The translations under genes and the position numbers were made by a program. Below are positions 8,773 to 16,629 of a DNA stretch of 24,740 nucleotides, piece by piece. This stretch comes from a virus (taxonomy: Duplodnaviria; Heunggongvirae; Uroviricota; Caudoviricetes). The stretch lies in the IMG/VR virus record IMGVR_UViG_648276671_000014. One strand, 5' to 3'. Below the pieces are notes generated by a model, which had not been told where the DNA came from, made no database searches, and worked only from the letters and a program-made list of their open reading frames with translations. How positions within the stretch are numbered: the stretch's first letter is position 1; every line of letters begins with the position of its first letter.

Positions 8773-9378
8773 ATGTTGTCTTCATCGAAAGACAAACTTC
8801 AAAGAATAAATGAAATCAAACAGATAGCATGGGTTATGATTTCAATTGTTCTCGCTGCGATTTCAGGTTTTGGAAATAAGTTACGCACATCACGTGGAGA
8901 TCGTCGCTGGGATGCCTTAGCTAAAGCTGTGGGTAATAACGCTTTCGAATCATTACTCATGGAAGCGTCCGCAAGACAGTTTCCGATCATAGCAACTCTG
9001 TCGTCTCGCAAAATCTATGTTGGTCTTGTTACTTGTCCGGCGTTAGAAAACGGGCTTTCAGAACACCTTGAACTTCTCCCGATGTTAAGCGGATATCGGG
9101 ATAAAGATGATCTAACGATTAGTATCACGACTAACTATCACCAACATTATCTTGATAGTGGTGTGATAAGTGGAATGTCTCGGCTTAATATCGAAGATTT
9201 CCGTGTGCTCATACCAAAAGATGAGGTTGAAACAATTTCGTTTTTTGATACTGAGACATATAACAAATTTAAAGAAAATGAAGCCAGGGATAGAAAGAAC
9301 TGTCGAAAGATTGGTAGTAAAAGTGCATCTTCGCGCAGCAAGCGTGCAGCAGATGCTGAGTCAAATGATCGTGCATGA
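8773..9378 (+). CDS. Hypothetical protein (201 aa from ATG 8773; frame is open from 8590), probably the C-terminal continuation of the 8538 gene
   Basis: No Shine-Dalgarno before ATG 8773 or the upstream TTG 8704; frame stays open back into the 8538 ORF; hydrophobic segment IAWVMISIVLAAISGF then a soluble domain. Confidence 0.45.
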   Translation: MLSSSKDKLQRINEIKQIAWVMISIVLAAISGFGNKLRTSRGDRRWDALAKAVGNNAFESLLMEASARQFPIIATLSSRKIYVGLVTCPALENGLSEHLELLPMLSGYRDKDDLTISITTNYHQHYLDSGVISGMSRLNIEDFRVLIPKDEVETISFFDTETYNKFKENEARDRKNCRKIGSKSASSRSKRAADAESNDRA

Positions 9379-9426
9379 CTATGCTGCATGAGATCGCATG
9401 ATCGTTTGAGGATCGTTTTTGCTAAG

Positions 9427-9450
9427 GCCCGCCAGAACTGGCGGGCTTTT
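9427..9450 (+). terminator. Rho-independent terminator (GCCCGCCA-GAAC-TGGCGGGC then TTTT)
   Basis: Perfect 8-bp GC-rich stem followed by a T run, 49 bp after the operon stop. Confidence 0.6.
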
Positions 9451-9495
9451 GCGTAGATCATGCACCTGCATGAAAACTACTACATAAAGCGGGCA

Positions 9496-9514
9496 GGCGT
9501 GGCGGGGATACGAG
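9496..9514. other. Candidate cos cohesive-end site (GGCGTGGCGGGGATACGAG)
   Basis: First 13 nt match the remembered 186/P2 cohesive end (GGCG[T/A]GGCGGGGA...), followed by TGCGCG as in P2; lies between the early region and portal gene Q. Confidence 0.4.
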
Positions 9515-9538
9515 TGCGCGTAATAACTAATATTCCTA

Positions 9539-9567
9539 TTGACTTTCTATGATGCAATAGCTAATTT
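9539..9567 (+). promoter_or_regulatory. Putative promoter (-35 TTGACT, 17-nt spacer, -10 TAATTT) for the tRNA-like leader and HEPN-motif ORF
   Basis: Hexamers read directly; would start transcription at about 9574. Confidence 0.35.
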
Positions 9568-9573
9568 ATTTCT

Positions 9574-9657
9574 AGGCCTATAGTTTAATTTGGGAAAACG
9601 GCGGAGTATGATTTAGGTTATATATCCGTCATACCGGTTCGATTCCGGTTAGGCAAA
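9574..9657 (+). other. tRNA-like element (degenerate tRNA or tRNA mimic)
   Basis: Canonical T-arm ACCGG-TTCGATT-CCGGT (9633-9649), D-arm GTTT-AATTTGGGA-AAAC (9583-9599), U8-A9-like TA, 5 of 7 acceptor pairs; anticodon stem is not canonical and there is no CCA. Confidence 0.35.
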
Positions 9658-9685
9658 GAGCATTTTAGAGTGTTCTTTGCCTAAC
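9648..9685 (+). repeat. Perfect 12-bp inverted repeat (GTTAGGCAAAGA ... TCTTTGCCTAAC) forming a long hairpin ending 1 nt before the Shine-Dalgarno of the downstream ORF
   Basis: Arms at 9648-9659 and 9674-9685 are exact reverse complements; the loop can pair further with G-U pairs. Confidence 0.8.
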
Positions 9686-9697
9686 AGGATACGTAAA

Positions 9698-10447
9698 ATG
9701 ACTGATGACGAGATTAAAAATATTTTCCATGCTCAAACTGATAATGTTAGAGAGCTTGAGAAAGTCTGGAAACAAATAGTCAAAGAAATTAATACTGCAT
9801 TACGAACAGATAATGCAGTCCAAGTTGCACTTAAAACCAAAATGCTAGGTTTGGTTTTTTGCGCTCTTGCCGAAGCTCAATTTTCAAAGTTGATCCACAC
9901 GCCCGGTCAATTTTCCCCTAATGAAATAGAACAGATTAAATATGCAGCTTCATCTAATGTCTCAGATGGATGGTTAAAGTGCATAAATTTGGCTACGAGA
10001 CGACTATCGAAAGGCACAAAGCATAATCATGTTCCTAATGTTATTCAGGAGCTTGAAAGACTAGTTGATGATTTTATAAAAGCGCCAAGTTTAATTAGAA
10101 ATAAAATTGCGCATGGACAATGGGTTGTCGCTCTTAATAGAAAGAATACACATGTGAACTCAGAAATGACACATACTTTGCGTAATTTGACAATAGTGGA
10201 ATTAACAAAGTTTAAAGATGCTTTCACGAGAATGTCGCGAATAGTCGAAGATATTATTAAATCTCCTAATAAAGCTCATTTGCGTGATTATTGGCCGCAG
10301 CTTGAAGAGTTTAGAGCAAAGCAAAAGGAAATGGATAGTTGGACTCTTGCTGAAAAAGTCTTCCAATTAAAAAAGAAATATAATTACTCATCTAATATGA
10401 GATGTGAATCATGCGGTCAGTTACATGTTGATAGAAATAAACAATGA
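9698..10447 (+). CDS. HEPN-motif protein (249 aa), candidate RNase or abortive-infection effector
   Basis: AGGA Shine-Dalgarno 8 nt before ATG 9698; R134-N-K-I-A-H139 fits the HEPN Rx4-6H signature; AT-rich codon usage unlike the phage core. Confidence 0.65.
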   Translation: MTDDEIKNIFHAQTDNVRELEKVWKQIVKEINTALRTDNAVQVALKTKMLGLVFCALAEAQFSKLIHTPGQFSPNEIEQIKYAASSNVSDGWLKCINLATRRLSKGTKHNHVPNVIQELERLVDDFIKAPSLIRNKIAHGQWVVALNRKNTHVNSEMTHTLRNLTIVELTKFKDAFTRMSRIVEDIIKSPNKAHLRDYWPQLEEFRAKQKEMDSWTLAEKVFQLKKKYNYSSNMRCESCGQLHVDRNKQ

Positions 10448-10494
10448 TGATTATTATTTTGTGACACTTTCAATATTTTAATGCTTTATATATT

Positions 10495-10522
10495 AGCAAT
10501 GGTCATTAACATGACCATTGCT
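10495..10522. repeat. Perfect palindrome (AGCAATGGTCAT-TAAC-ATGACCATTGCT) between the HEPN-motif ORF and Q
   Basis: 12-bp arms are exact reverse complements with a 4-nt loop; no flanking T run. Confidence 0.8.
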
Positions 10523-10537
10523 ATGTGACCTAATATA

Positions 10538-11581
10538 TTAGTTATCTTCTGTCCTGAGCGAGTAAAAGCTAAAACGGAGAATTTCTTCACCAAGCCAGTT
10601 ATTTAGTTCCTGTAAACGTTTCTGCAGTGACATTAGTTCATTGCGTACAAAAACGCGACTAGCTTTCTCCACATCCCCAAATCCCCCAACATTATTTGGC
10701 ATTATCCCCATCATCTGTGGCGGCACGCGGTGCGCTGCCATCATGTCATCCCGACTCACGTTCTTGATATTAAGAAATTCATCCTTCGCCGCGACTTCTG
10801 ACAATGGGATGATCTGAAGCCCGTCCTTTTTGCCGTTAGGCGAGTACATAAACAGGTTGCGGAAGTTGCCTGGACCTTTGGCGCTTTTCATCGCGTTGCG
10901 GAGGTTGTTCACATCTTCCTGGTTCTGCGCGGCATCGGTCATGTACATGATGAAGCCTGCATGGCTGCCGTTGATGTAATACTTACGGCGGAACAGCGTG
11001 GCAGACTCGTTGAGCAGGGCGGATGGAATGGCAGAAAGATAGCCGGGCAGGCCGTAGATCTCCTGGTTGATGTCCGGTTCCATCAGATGAAAAATGCTGC
11101 CTTTCGTGAACTGATACGGCTGGGTTGTCATACCGTATTGCACAAACCAGTAGGTATCCAGGTCTAACCCGCGTCGGGTGTATTTTGCCAGCGCAGGCTC
11201 AAGGGCGATAACTTCACCGAATCGGTTCGTGCGTTTCTCCAGGTAGGCGTTACCAAATACCAGATAGTCCTGCACAAAACGCGAAAAAGCCTGCTGGCTG
11301 AGCAGCGGATGAGGGATATAGGTACTGGTCAGAATGTTGCACTTTACTGCAATCGGGGAACTGTGATGCACGGCGGCGCGGAAGGTGCGCGCCAGTCCGT
11401 TAAAGCTGACGGGCGGCTCATACCAACGGTCCATCTGTACGCATTCCACATAGTCCAGCAGTTCACGGCGGTCCAGAACAGGAACGGGATCGCCGAAGCT
11501 GAATGCTTCGGCTGTAGTTTGACTTTTAAGCTGGATCTGTTTCGTCGCCGCAGCTCGGTTCTTCTTACTCTTTCCCATCAA
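10538..11581 (-). CDS. Q: Portal protein gpQ (347 aa)
   Basis: Size and position immediately after cos and upstream of P as in P2/186; stop overlaps P (ATGA). Confidence 0.9.
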   Translation of the reverse strand: MMGKSKKNRAAATKQIQLKSQTTAEAFSFGDPVPVLDRRELLDYVECVQMDRWYEPPVSFNGLARTFRAAVHHSSPIAVKCNILTSTYIPHPLLSQQAFSRFVQDYLVFGNAYLEKRTNRFGEVIALEPALAKYTRRGLDLDTYWFVQYGMTTQPYQFTKGSIFHLMEPDINQEIYGLPGYLSAIPSALLNESATLFRRKYYINGSHAGFIMYMTDAAQNQEDVNNLRNAMKSAKGPGNFRNLFMYSPNGKKDGLQIIPLSEVAAKDEFLNIKNVSRDDMMAAHRVPPQMMGIMPNNVGGFGDVEKASRVFVRNELMSLQKRLQELNNWLGEEILRFSFYSLRTEDN

Positions 11582-13344
11582 AAAATCTCCACAATATTGC
11601 TGGTATTGGCGGATTCGCCCTGCAGCGGTTCGTTAAACAGTGCGTGCATCGTTGCCCATGCCAGATCGGCGTGGCTGGCTTCTTCGCTGCGGCTGGCTTC
11701 ATAGGTCGGGCGGTTGCCACTGGCGGTGGTGGCGCGACGGATTGCCATAAATGACTGCGCAATGTCGGTATGTCCGGCGTCAAACTCCAGACGGCGGTGG
11801 CTGATAATGTCGTAGGCCTTGAGTACCAGGGCGTTTTTAACGTTGGGGTTGTAGACAAACTCCCGGACGGCAGGAAAGAACGCTTTCACGTTCTCGTAAA
11901 CCCCGTGACCAACGCCGGTTGAGTCGATGCCGATGTAGGTCACGTTGTACTGCTCGGTCAGTTTTTTGATTGCGTCAGCCTGGGCGCGGAAGTCCATCCC
12001 GCGCCACTGGTGACGCTCAAGAATGCGAAACTTACCGCCCGGCACGGCTGGCGGTGCCACCACCACGCATCCGGCGCTGTCGCCGTTCTGCGTACCTTTT
12101 GCCGGGTCATAACCGATCCACACTTCGCGCCAGCCAAACGGGCGCAGGGCCAGAGCATGAAAGTCGGTCCAGACTTCCCAACTGTCCACCATGCACGCCT
12201 GCAGCTCGCTGAGCGGAAACACGGACGCGAGATCGTCCACAAACTCGCACATCAGCAGGTTCTGGTATTCGTCCAGGCTGTACTCCATGCGCAACTGGTC
12301 GAGGTCGAACAGGTTACAGCCGCCGCGCACCGCATCTTCCACAGTGACTATCTGGCGGTACTGCCCGTCTGCGCACAGCAGGCCGGGGGCCAGATTGCTG
12401 TGGGACAGGTCGATGTCCACCTTATCGGCTTTGTTGCGCCCACGATTGAACAGCGCACCGGACCAGAACGGATAAGCACTGTGAGTCAGGCTGGATGGCG
12501 TGGAAAAATAGGTTTGTCGCCATTTTTTGTGAATAGCCATCCCGGAAGCCACTTTGCGCAGCTCCTGGAATTTCGGTATCCAGAAATATTCATCCAGATA
12601 CAGGTTGCCGTGGTAACTCTGGGCCGTGCGGGCATTGGTGCCGAGGAAGTAAAGCGTGGCTCCGTTAGGAAGCACCATCGGATCGCCTTTTAGCTCTACC
12701 TCGACTTCTTTGGCGAAGTCGATGATGTACTGCTTAAAGACGTGAGCCTGTGCCTTACTGGCGGAAAGGAAAATCTGGTTACGTCCGGTAAGCAGGGCGT
12801 CAATCAGGGCTTCACGGGCAAAGTAAAAGGTCGCGCCGATCTGGCGTGACTTCAGCAGGTTGCGGATGCGGTTGGTTTTTCCGGCTTCCCACCAGTGGCG
12901 CTGGTAGTTGAACATGGAGGAATGGAAGATTTCTTCCAGTTTCTCAATCTGTTCATCGGTGAAAACATTCTTTTCCGGCTGACGGCGCGGGCCCTTATTG
13001 CGGTTGGCGACGTTAGGGTTTAAGTCAGCTTCGTTGCCGCCATTGTTAAACTTGCCGATCCGCGCGTGGCGCTCCGACTGGCGCGCCAGCAGGTCAATTT
13101 CTTTGAAATCTTTCCCTTCTTTATGCTCCTTCATGATGAGCTGGCAGTAGCGTGCGGCGGTGGTGAGCTGCATCTGATCCAGCGGCCCATAGTCACCCCA
13201 CTTGTCGCGTTTTTTCCAGCTGTGAACGGTTGCAACTTTCTCGCCCAGCATTTCAGCAATGCGGGCTACGCGGTATCCCTGAAAGTACAGCAGCATGGCC
13301 TGCCGACGGGGATCGAGATCTGCGGGTGTCAGTGTGGTGTTCAT
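11578..13344 (-). CDS. P: Terminase large (ATPase) subunit gpP (588 aa)
   Basis: Size matches P2 P; divergent from O across the late promoter region. Confidence 0.9.
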   Translation of the reverse strand: MNTTLTPADLDPRRQAMLLYFQGYRVARIAEMLGEKVATVHSWKKRDKWGDYGPLDQMQLTTAARYCQLIMKEHKEGKDFKEIDLLARQSERHARIGKFNNGGNEADLNPNVANRNKGPRRQPEKNVFTDEQIEKLEEIFHSSMFNYQRHWWEAGKTNRIRNLLKSRQIGATFYFAREALIDALLTGRNQIFLSASKAQAHVFKQYIIDFAKEVEVELKGDPMVLPNGATLYFLGTNARTAQSYHGNLYLDEYFWIPKFQELRKVASGMAIHKKWRQTYFSTPSSLTHSAYPFWSGALFNRGRNKADKVDIDLSHSNLAPGLLCADGQYRQIVTVEDAVRGGCNLFDLDQLRMEYSLDEYQNLLMCEFVDDLASVFPLSELQACMVDSWEVWTDFHALALRPFGWREVWIGYDPAKGTQNGDSAGCVVVAPPAVPGGKFRILERHQWRGMDFRAQADAIKKLTEQYNVTYIGIDSTGVGHGVYENVKAFFPAVREFVYNPNVKNALVLKAYDIISHRRLEFDAGHTDIAQSFMAIRRATTASGNRPTYEASRSEEASHADLAWATMHALFNEPLQGESANTSNIVEIF

Positions 13345-13390
13345 GGCACAAACCTACAGCCTTGAATGAAGGCTTTCCCCGCCTGCGGTT

Positions 13391-13408
13391 TGTGTGGTTG
13401 TCGGTACA
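13391..13408. promoter_or_regulatory. Late-activator (Ogr/B-type) binding dyad TGT-N12-ACA in the P/O divergent late promoter region
   Basis: TGTGTGGTTGTCGGTACA; dyad centre lies about 55 bp upstream of a plausible start site for O (ATG 13487). Confidence 0.45.
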
Positions 13409-13486
13409 AATACCGCGCATTGTTTCACTGCCCCCATCACCGCAACCATAAGGCTCCAGTAAGTTTTTTCTAACGGAGCACGGCTC

Positions 13487-14341
13487 ATGACAGTGAAAGC
13501 AAAGCGTTTTCGCATCGGGGTGGAAGGTGCCACCACCGACGGACGCGAAATCCAGCGTGAATGGCTGGAACAGATGGCAGCCAGCTACAACCCGACGGTG
13601 TACACCGCGCTGATTAACCTTGAGCACATCAAGTCTTATCTGCCGGACAGCACCTTTAACCGCTACGGCAAGGTGACGGCGCTGTTTGCTGAAGAAATCA
13701 CGGAAGGTCCGCTGGCAGGCAAGATGGCGCTGTATGCCGACGTTGAGCCAACGGAATCACTGGTGGAACTGGTGAAAAAAGGCCAGAAATTATTCACCTC
13801 TATGGAAGTCAGCCCGAAGTTTGCTGATACGGGCAAAGCCTACCTGGTCGGCCTGGCTGCCACTGATGACCCTGCCAGTCTGGGCACTGAAATGCTGACA
13901 TTCAGCGCCAGTGCAGCCCATAACCCGCTGGCAAACCGCAAGCAGAATCCCGCCAATCTTTTTACCGCTGCAGAGGAAACGGTGATCGAACTGGAAGAAA
14001 TCCAGGATGACAAACCGTCCCTGTTTGCCCGTGTCACGGCGCTGTTCACCAAAAAAGAGCAGTCCGATGACGCCCGGTTCTCTGATGTGCATAAGGCCGT
14101 GGAACTGGTCGCCACTGAGCAGCAGGACCTGAGTGCGCGCACCGAAAAATCCCTGTCTGAGCAGGAAGAACGCCTGTCTGAGCAGGAAGAACGCCTGTCT
14201 GAGCTGGAGACTGCCCTGCAGGCACAGCAGACCGCCTTTAACGAACTGGTGGACAAGCTGAGCCAAGAAGACAGCCGCCAGGACTACCGCCAGCGTGCAA
14301 CAGGCGGTAACGCCCCCGCTGACACTCTGACCAATTGCTGA
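13487..14341 (+). CDS. O: Capsid scaffolding protein gpO (284 aa)
   Basis: Position and length match P2 O; acidic coiled-coil C-terminus. Confidence 0.85.
   Translation: MTVKAKRFRIGVEGATTDGREIQREWLEQMAASYNPTVYTALINLEHIKSYLPDSTFNRYGKVTALFAEEITEGPLAGKMALYADVEPTESLVELVKKGQKLFTSMEVSPKFADTGKAYLVGLAATDDPASLGTEMLTFSASAAHNPLANRKQNPANLFTAAEETVIELEEIQDDKPSLFARVTALFTKKEQSDDARFSDVHKAVELVATEQQDLSARTEKSLSEQEERLSEQEERLSELETALQAQQTAFNELVDKLSQEDSRQDYRQRATGGNAPADTLTNC
14153..14205 (+). repeat. In-frame tandem duplication of a 21-bp unit (CTGTCTGAGCAGGAAGAACGC, 2.5 copies) inside O
   Basis: Read directly; encodes LSEQEER-LSEQEER-LSELE. Confidence 0.8.
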
Positions 14342-14357
14342 TGGAGCACAAAACCTG

Positions 14358-15416
14358 ATGAAGAAGAATACCCGCTTTGCTTTTAACGCTTACCTGCAGC
14401 AACTGGCGCGTCTGAACGGTGTGGCAGTTGAAGAACTGTCCAGCAAATTCACCGTAGAGCCGTCTGTACAGCAGACGCTGGAAGACCAGATCCAGCAGTC
14501 CGCCGCTTTCCTGACGCTGATTAACGTCACGCCAGTGACTGAGCAGTCCGGTCAGCTGCTGGGGCTGGGTGTTGGCAGCACCATTGCCGGAACCACTGAC
14601 ACCACCGCGAAAGAGCGTGAACCTGTCGATCCGACGCTGATGGTCGATGTGGAATACAAATGCGAACAGACCAACTTTGACACGGTGCTGACCTACGCGA
14701 AGCTGGACCTGTGGGCGAAGTTTCAGGATTTCCAGGTGCGTATCCGTGACGCCATCGTGAAACGTCAGGCACTGGACCGCATCATGATCGGCTTTAACGG
14801 CGTGAAGCGTGCGAAAACCTCCAACCGTAGTGAAAACCCGCTGCTGCAGGATGTGAACAAAGGCTGGCTGCAGAAAATCCGTGAGGATGCACCGGATCAC
14901 GTCATGGGCAGCACCACCACGGGCGGCGAAACCACACCGGGTGCGGTGAAAGTCGGGAAAGGTGGCGAATATGCCAACCTGGACGCTGTAGTGATGGATG
15001 CGGTCAATGAGCTTATCGACGTGGTCTACCAGGATGATGACGATCTGGTGGTGATTTGCGGTCGTGAACTGCTGTCTGACAAGTATTTCCCGCTGGTCAA
15101 CAAAGAGCAGGAAAACAGTGAAAAACTGGCTGCCGATATGATCATCAGTCAGAAACGCATGGGTGGCCTGCAGGCCGTGCGTGCGCCGTTCTTCCCGCCG
15201 AATGCGCTGCTGATCACCCGTCTGGATAACCTGTCCATCTACTGGCAGGAAGACACCCGCCGCCGTTCAGTTATCGACAACCCGAAACGTGACCGGATTG
15301 AAAACTTTGAATCCGTTAATGAAGCCTATGTGGTTGAGGACTACCGCTGCGCCGCACTGGTGGAAAACATCCAGATTGGCGATTTCAGCGCCGCCGCAGC
15401 AGAAACCGGAGCGTAA
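14358..15416 (+). CDS. N: Major capsid protein gpN (352 aa)
   Basis: Extended similarity to remembered P2 N (TRFAFNAYL..., KFTVEPSVQQTL, GFNGVKRA.TS.RS.NPLLQDV, ISQKRMG...). Confidence 0.9.
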   Translation: MKKNTRFAFNAYLQQLARLNGVAVEELSSKFTVEPSVQQTLEDQIQQSAAFLTLINVTPVTEQSGQLLGLGVGSTIAGTTDTTAKEREPVDPTLMVDVEYKCEQTNFDTVLTYAKLDLWAKFQDFQVRIRDAIVKRQALDRIMIGFNGVKRAKTSNRSENPLLQDVNKGWLQKIREDAPDHVMGSTTTGGETTPGAVKVGKGGEYANLDAVVMDAVNELIDVVYQDDDDLVVICGRELLSDKYFPLVNKEQENSEKLAADMIISQKRMGGLQAVRAPFFPPNALLITRLDNLSIYWQEDTRRRSVIDNPKRDRIENFESVNEAYVVEDYRCAALVENIQIGDFSAAAAETGA

Positions 15417-15419
15417 TCC

Positions 15420-16070
15420 ATGAGCCTGAGTCCCGCACGGCAGCATCGCCTGCGCGTTCAGGCTGAACAGGCCGCCCGCGAGGGCGGCAGTGTTCGCCAC
15501 GCGTCGGGCTATGACCTGATGCTGCTGCAACTGGCGGAAGACCGCCGCCGTCTCAAGGGCGTTCAGTCCACGGTCAAAAAAGCGGAAATCAAGGTGGAGC
15601 TGCTGCCGAAGTACGCCGCCTGGGCGGAGGGGGTCCTGGCTGCCGGAGGCGCTCAACAGGATGACGTGCTGATGTACGTGATGCTGTGGCGTATTGATGC
15701 CGGAGATTATGCCGGGGCGCTGGAGATTGGGCGTCATGCCCTGCGTCATGGCTGGGTGATGCCGCTGGGTAACCGCAACGTGCAGACCGTGCTGGCAGAG
15801 GAAATGGCAGACGCGGCGCAGAGCGCAATGCTTGCCGCCACCGGCTTTGATGCTGATCTGTTGCTGCAGACGCTGGAGCTGACAGACGGTCTGGATATGC
15901 CGGACCAGTCACGGGCGCGTCTGCATAAAGCGATTGGCGCGGTCCTGAGTGAAAGCAATCCGGCTTCCGCCCTTAATCATCTCAACCATGCGTTACAGCT
16001 CGATCCCCGCTGTGGCGTGAAAAAAGACAAACAGCAGCTGGAGCGCAGACTGCGCAATGACAGCCGCTGA
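15420..16070 (+). CDS. M: Terminase small (endonuclease) subunit gpM (216 aa)
   Basis: Position after N and size consistent with P2 M. Confidence 0.85.
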   Translation: MSLSPARQHRLRVQAEQAAREGGSVRHASGYDLMLLQLAEDRRRLKGVQSTVKKAEIKVELLPKYAAWAEGVLAAGGAQQDDVLMYVMLWRIDAGDYAGALEIGRHALRHGWVMPLGNRNVQTVLAEEMADAAQSAMLAATGFDADLLLQTLELTDGLDMPDQSRARLHKAIGAVLSESNPASALNHLNHALQLDPRCGVKKDKQQLERRLRNDSR

Positions 16071-16164
16071 CAGAACGTGCCCCGCGCACGGGCGGCACGG
16101 GGTGGCGAAAGGCACAGCCACATCAAAACTCCGTCCACCGCCCTCTATTTCAGGAGAAAGCAGC

Positions 16165-16629
16165 ATGAAGTTTGTTGCGCCAGAACAGGCACCGGAACAG
16201 GCGGAAATCATCAGAAATACGCCGTTCTGGCCTGATGTGGACCTGTCGGAGTTTCGCAGTGTCATGCGCACTGACGGCACGGTGACGCAGCCGCGTTTAA
16301 AGCAGGTTGCGCTGTCGGCAATTTCGGAGGTCAACGCAGAGCTGTATGAGTTTCGCAGACGCCAGCAGATGCTGGGGTATGCGTCGCTGGCAGAGGTTCC
16401 GGCGGAACAGCTGGACGGCAAAAGTGAGCGCATTCAGCACTATTTCAACGCGGTTTATTGTTGGGCACGCGCCATGCTCAACGAACGATACCAGGACTAT
16501 GACGCCACGGCATCGGGTGTGAAGCGAGGCGAGGAACTGGCAGAAGCCAGCGGTGATTTGTGGCGTGACGCCCGCTGGGCCATCAGCCGGGTACAGGATG
16601 CGCCGCACTGCACAGTGGAGCTTATCTGA
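16165..16629 (+). CDS. L: Head completion/stabilisation protein gpL (154 aa from ATG 16165)
   Basis: CAGGAG Shine-Dalgarno before ATG 16165; motifs NTPFWPDVD, NAELYEFR, LWRDARWAI parallel P2 L. Confidence 0.8.
   Translation: MKFVAPEQAPEQAEIIRNTPFWPDVDLSEFRSVMRTDGTVTQPRLKQVALSAISEVNAELYEFRRRQQMLGYASLAEVPAEQLDGKSERIQHYFNAVYCWARAMLNERYQDYDATASGVKRGEELAEASGDLWRDARWAISRVQDAPHCTVELI

Noticed and set aside
8704-9378. TTG at 8704 as an independent start for the 224-aa ORF
   Set aside because: No Shine-Dalgarno and a 35-nt out-of-frame overlap with the upstream ORF; a frameshifted continuation is more parsimonious.
9574-9657. Calling the tRNA-like element a functional tRNA gene
   Set aside because: Anticodon stem has only about 2 Watson-Crick pairs, the acceptor stem has two terminal mismatches and there is no CCA; kept as a tRNA-like element.
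12010-12693. 227-aa plus-strand ORF inside terminase gene P
   Set aside because: Antisense to a strongly supported gene; Arg/Ala/His-rich composition typical of GC-rich shadow frames.
13790-14900. Minus-strand ORFs of 138-220 aa overlapping O and N
   Set aside because: Antisense to the scaffold and major capsid genes; the repeat-derived low-complexity translation is an artefact of the O tandem repeat.
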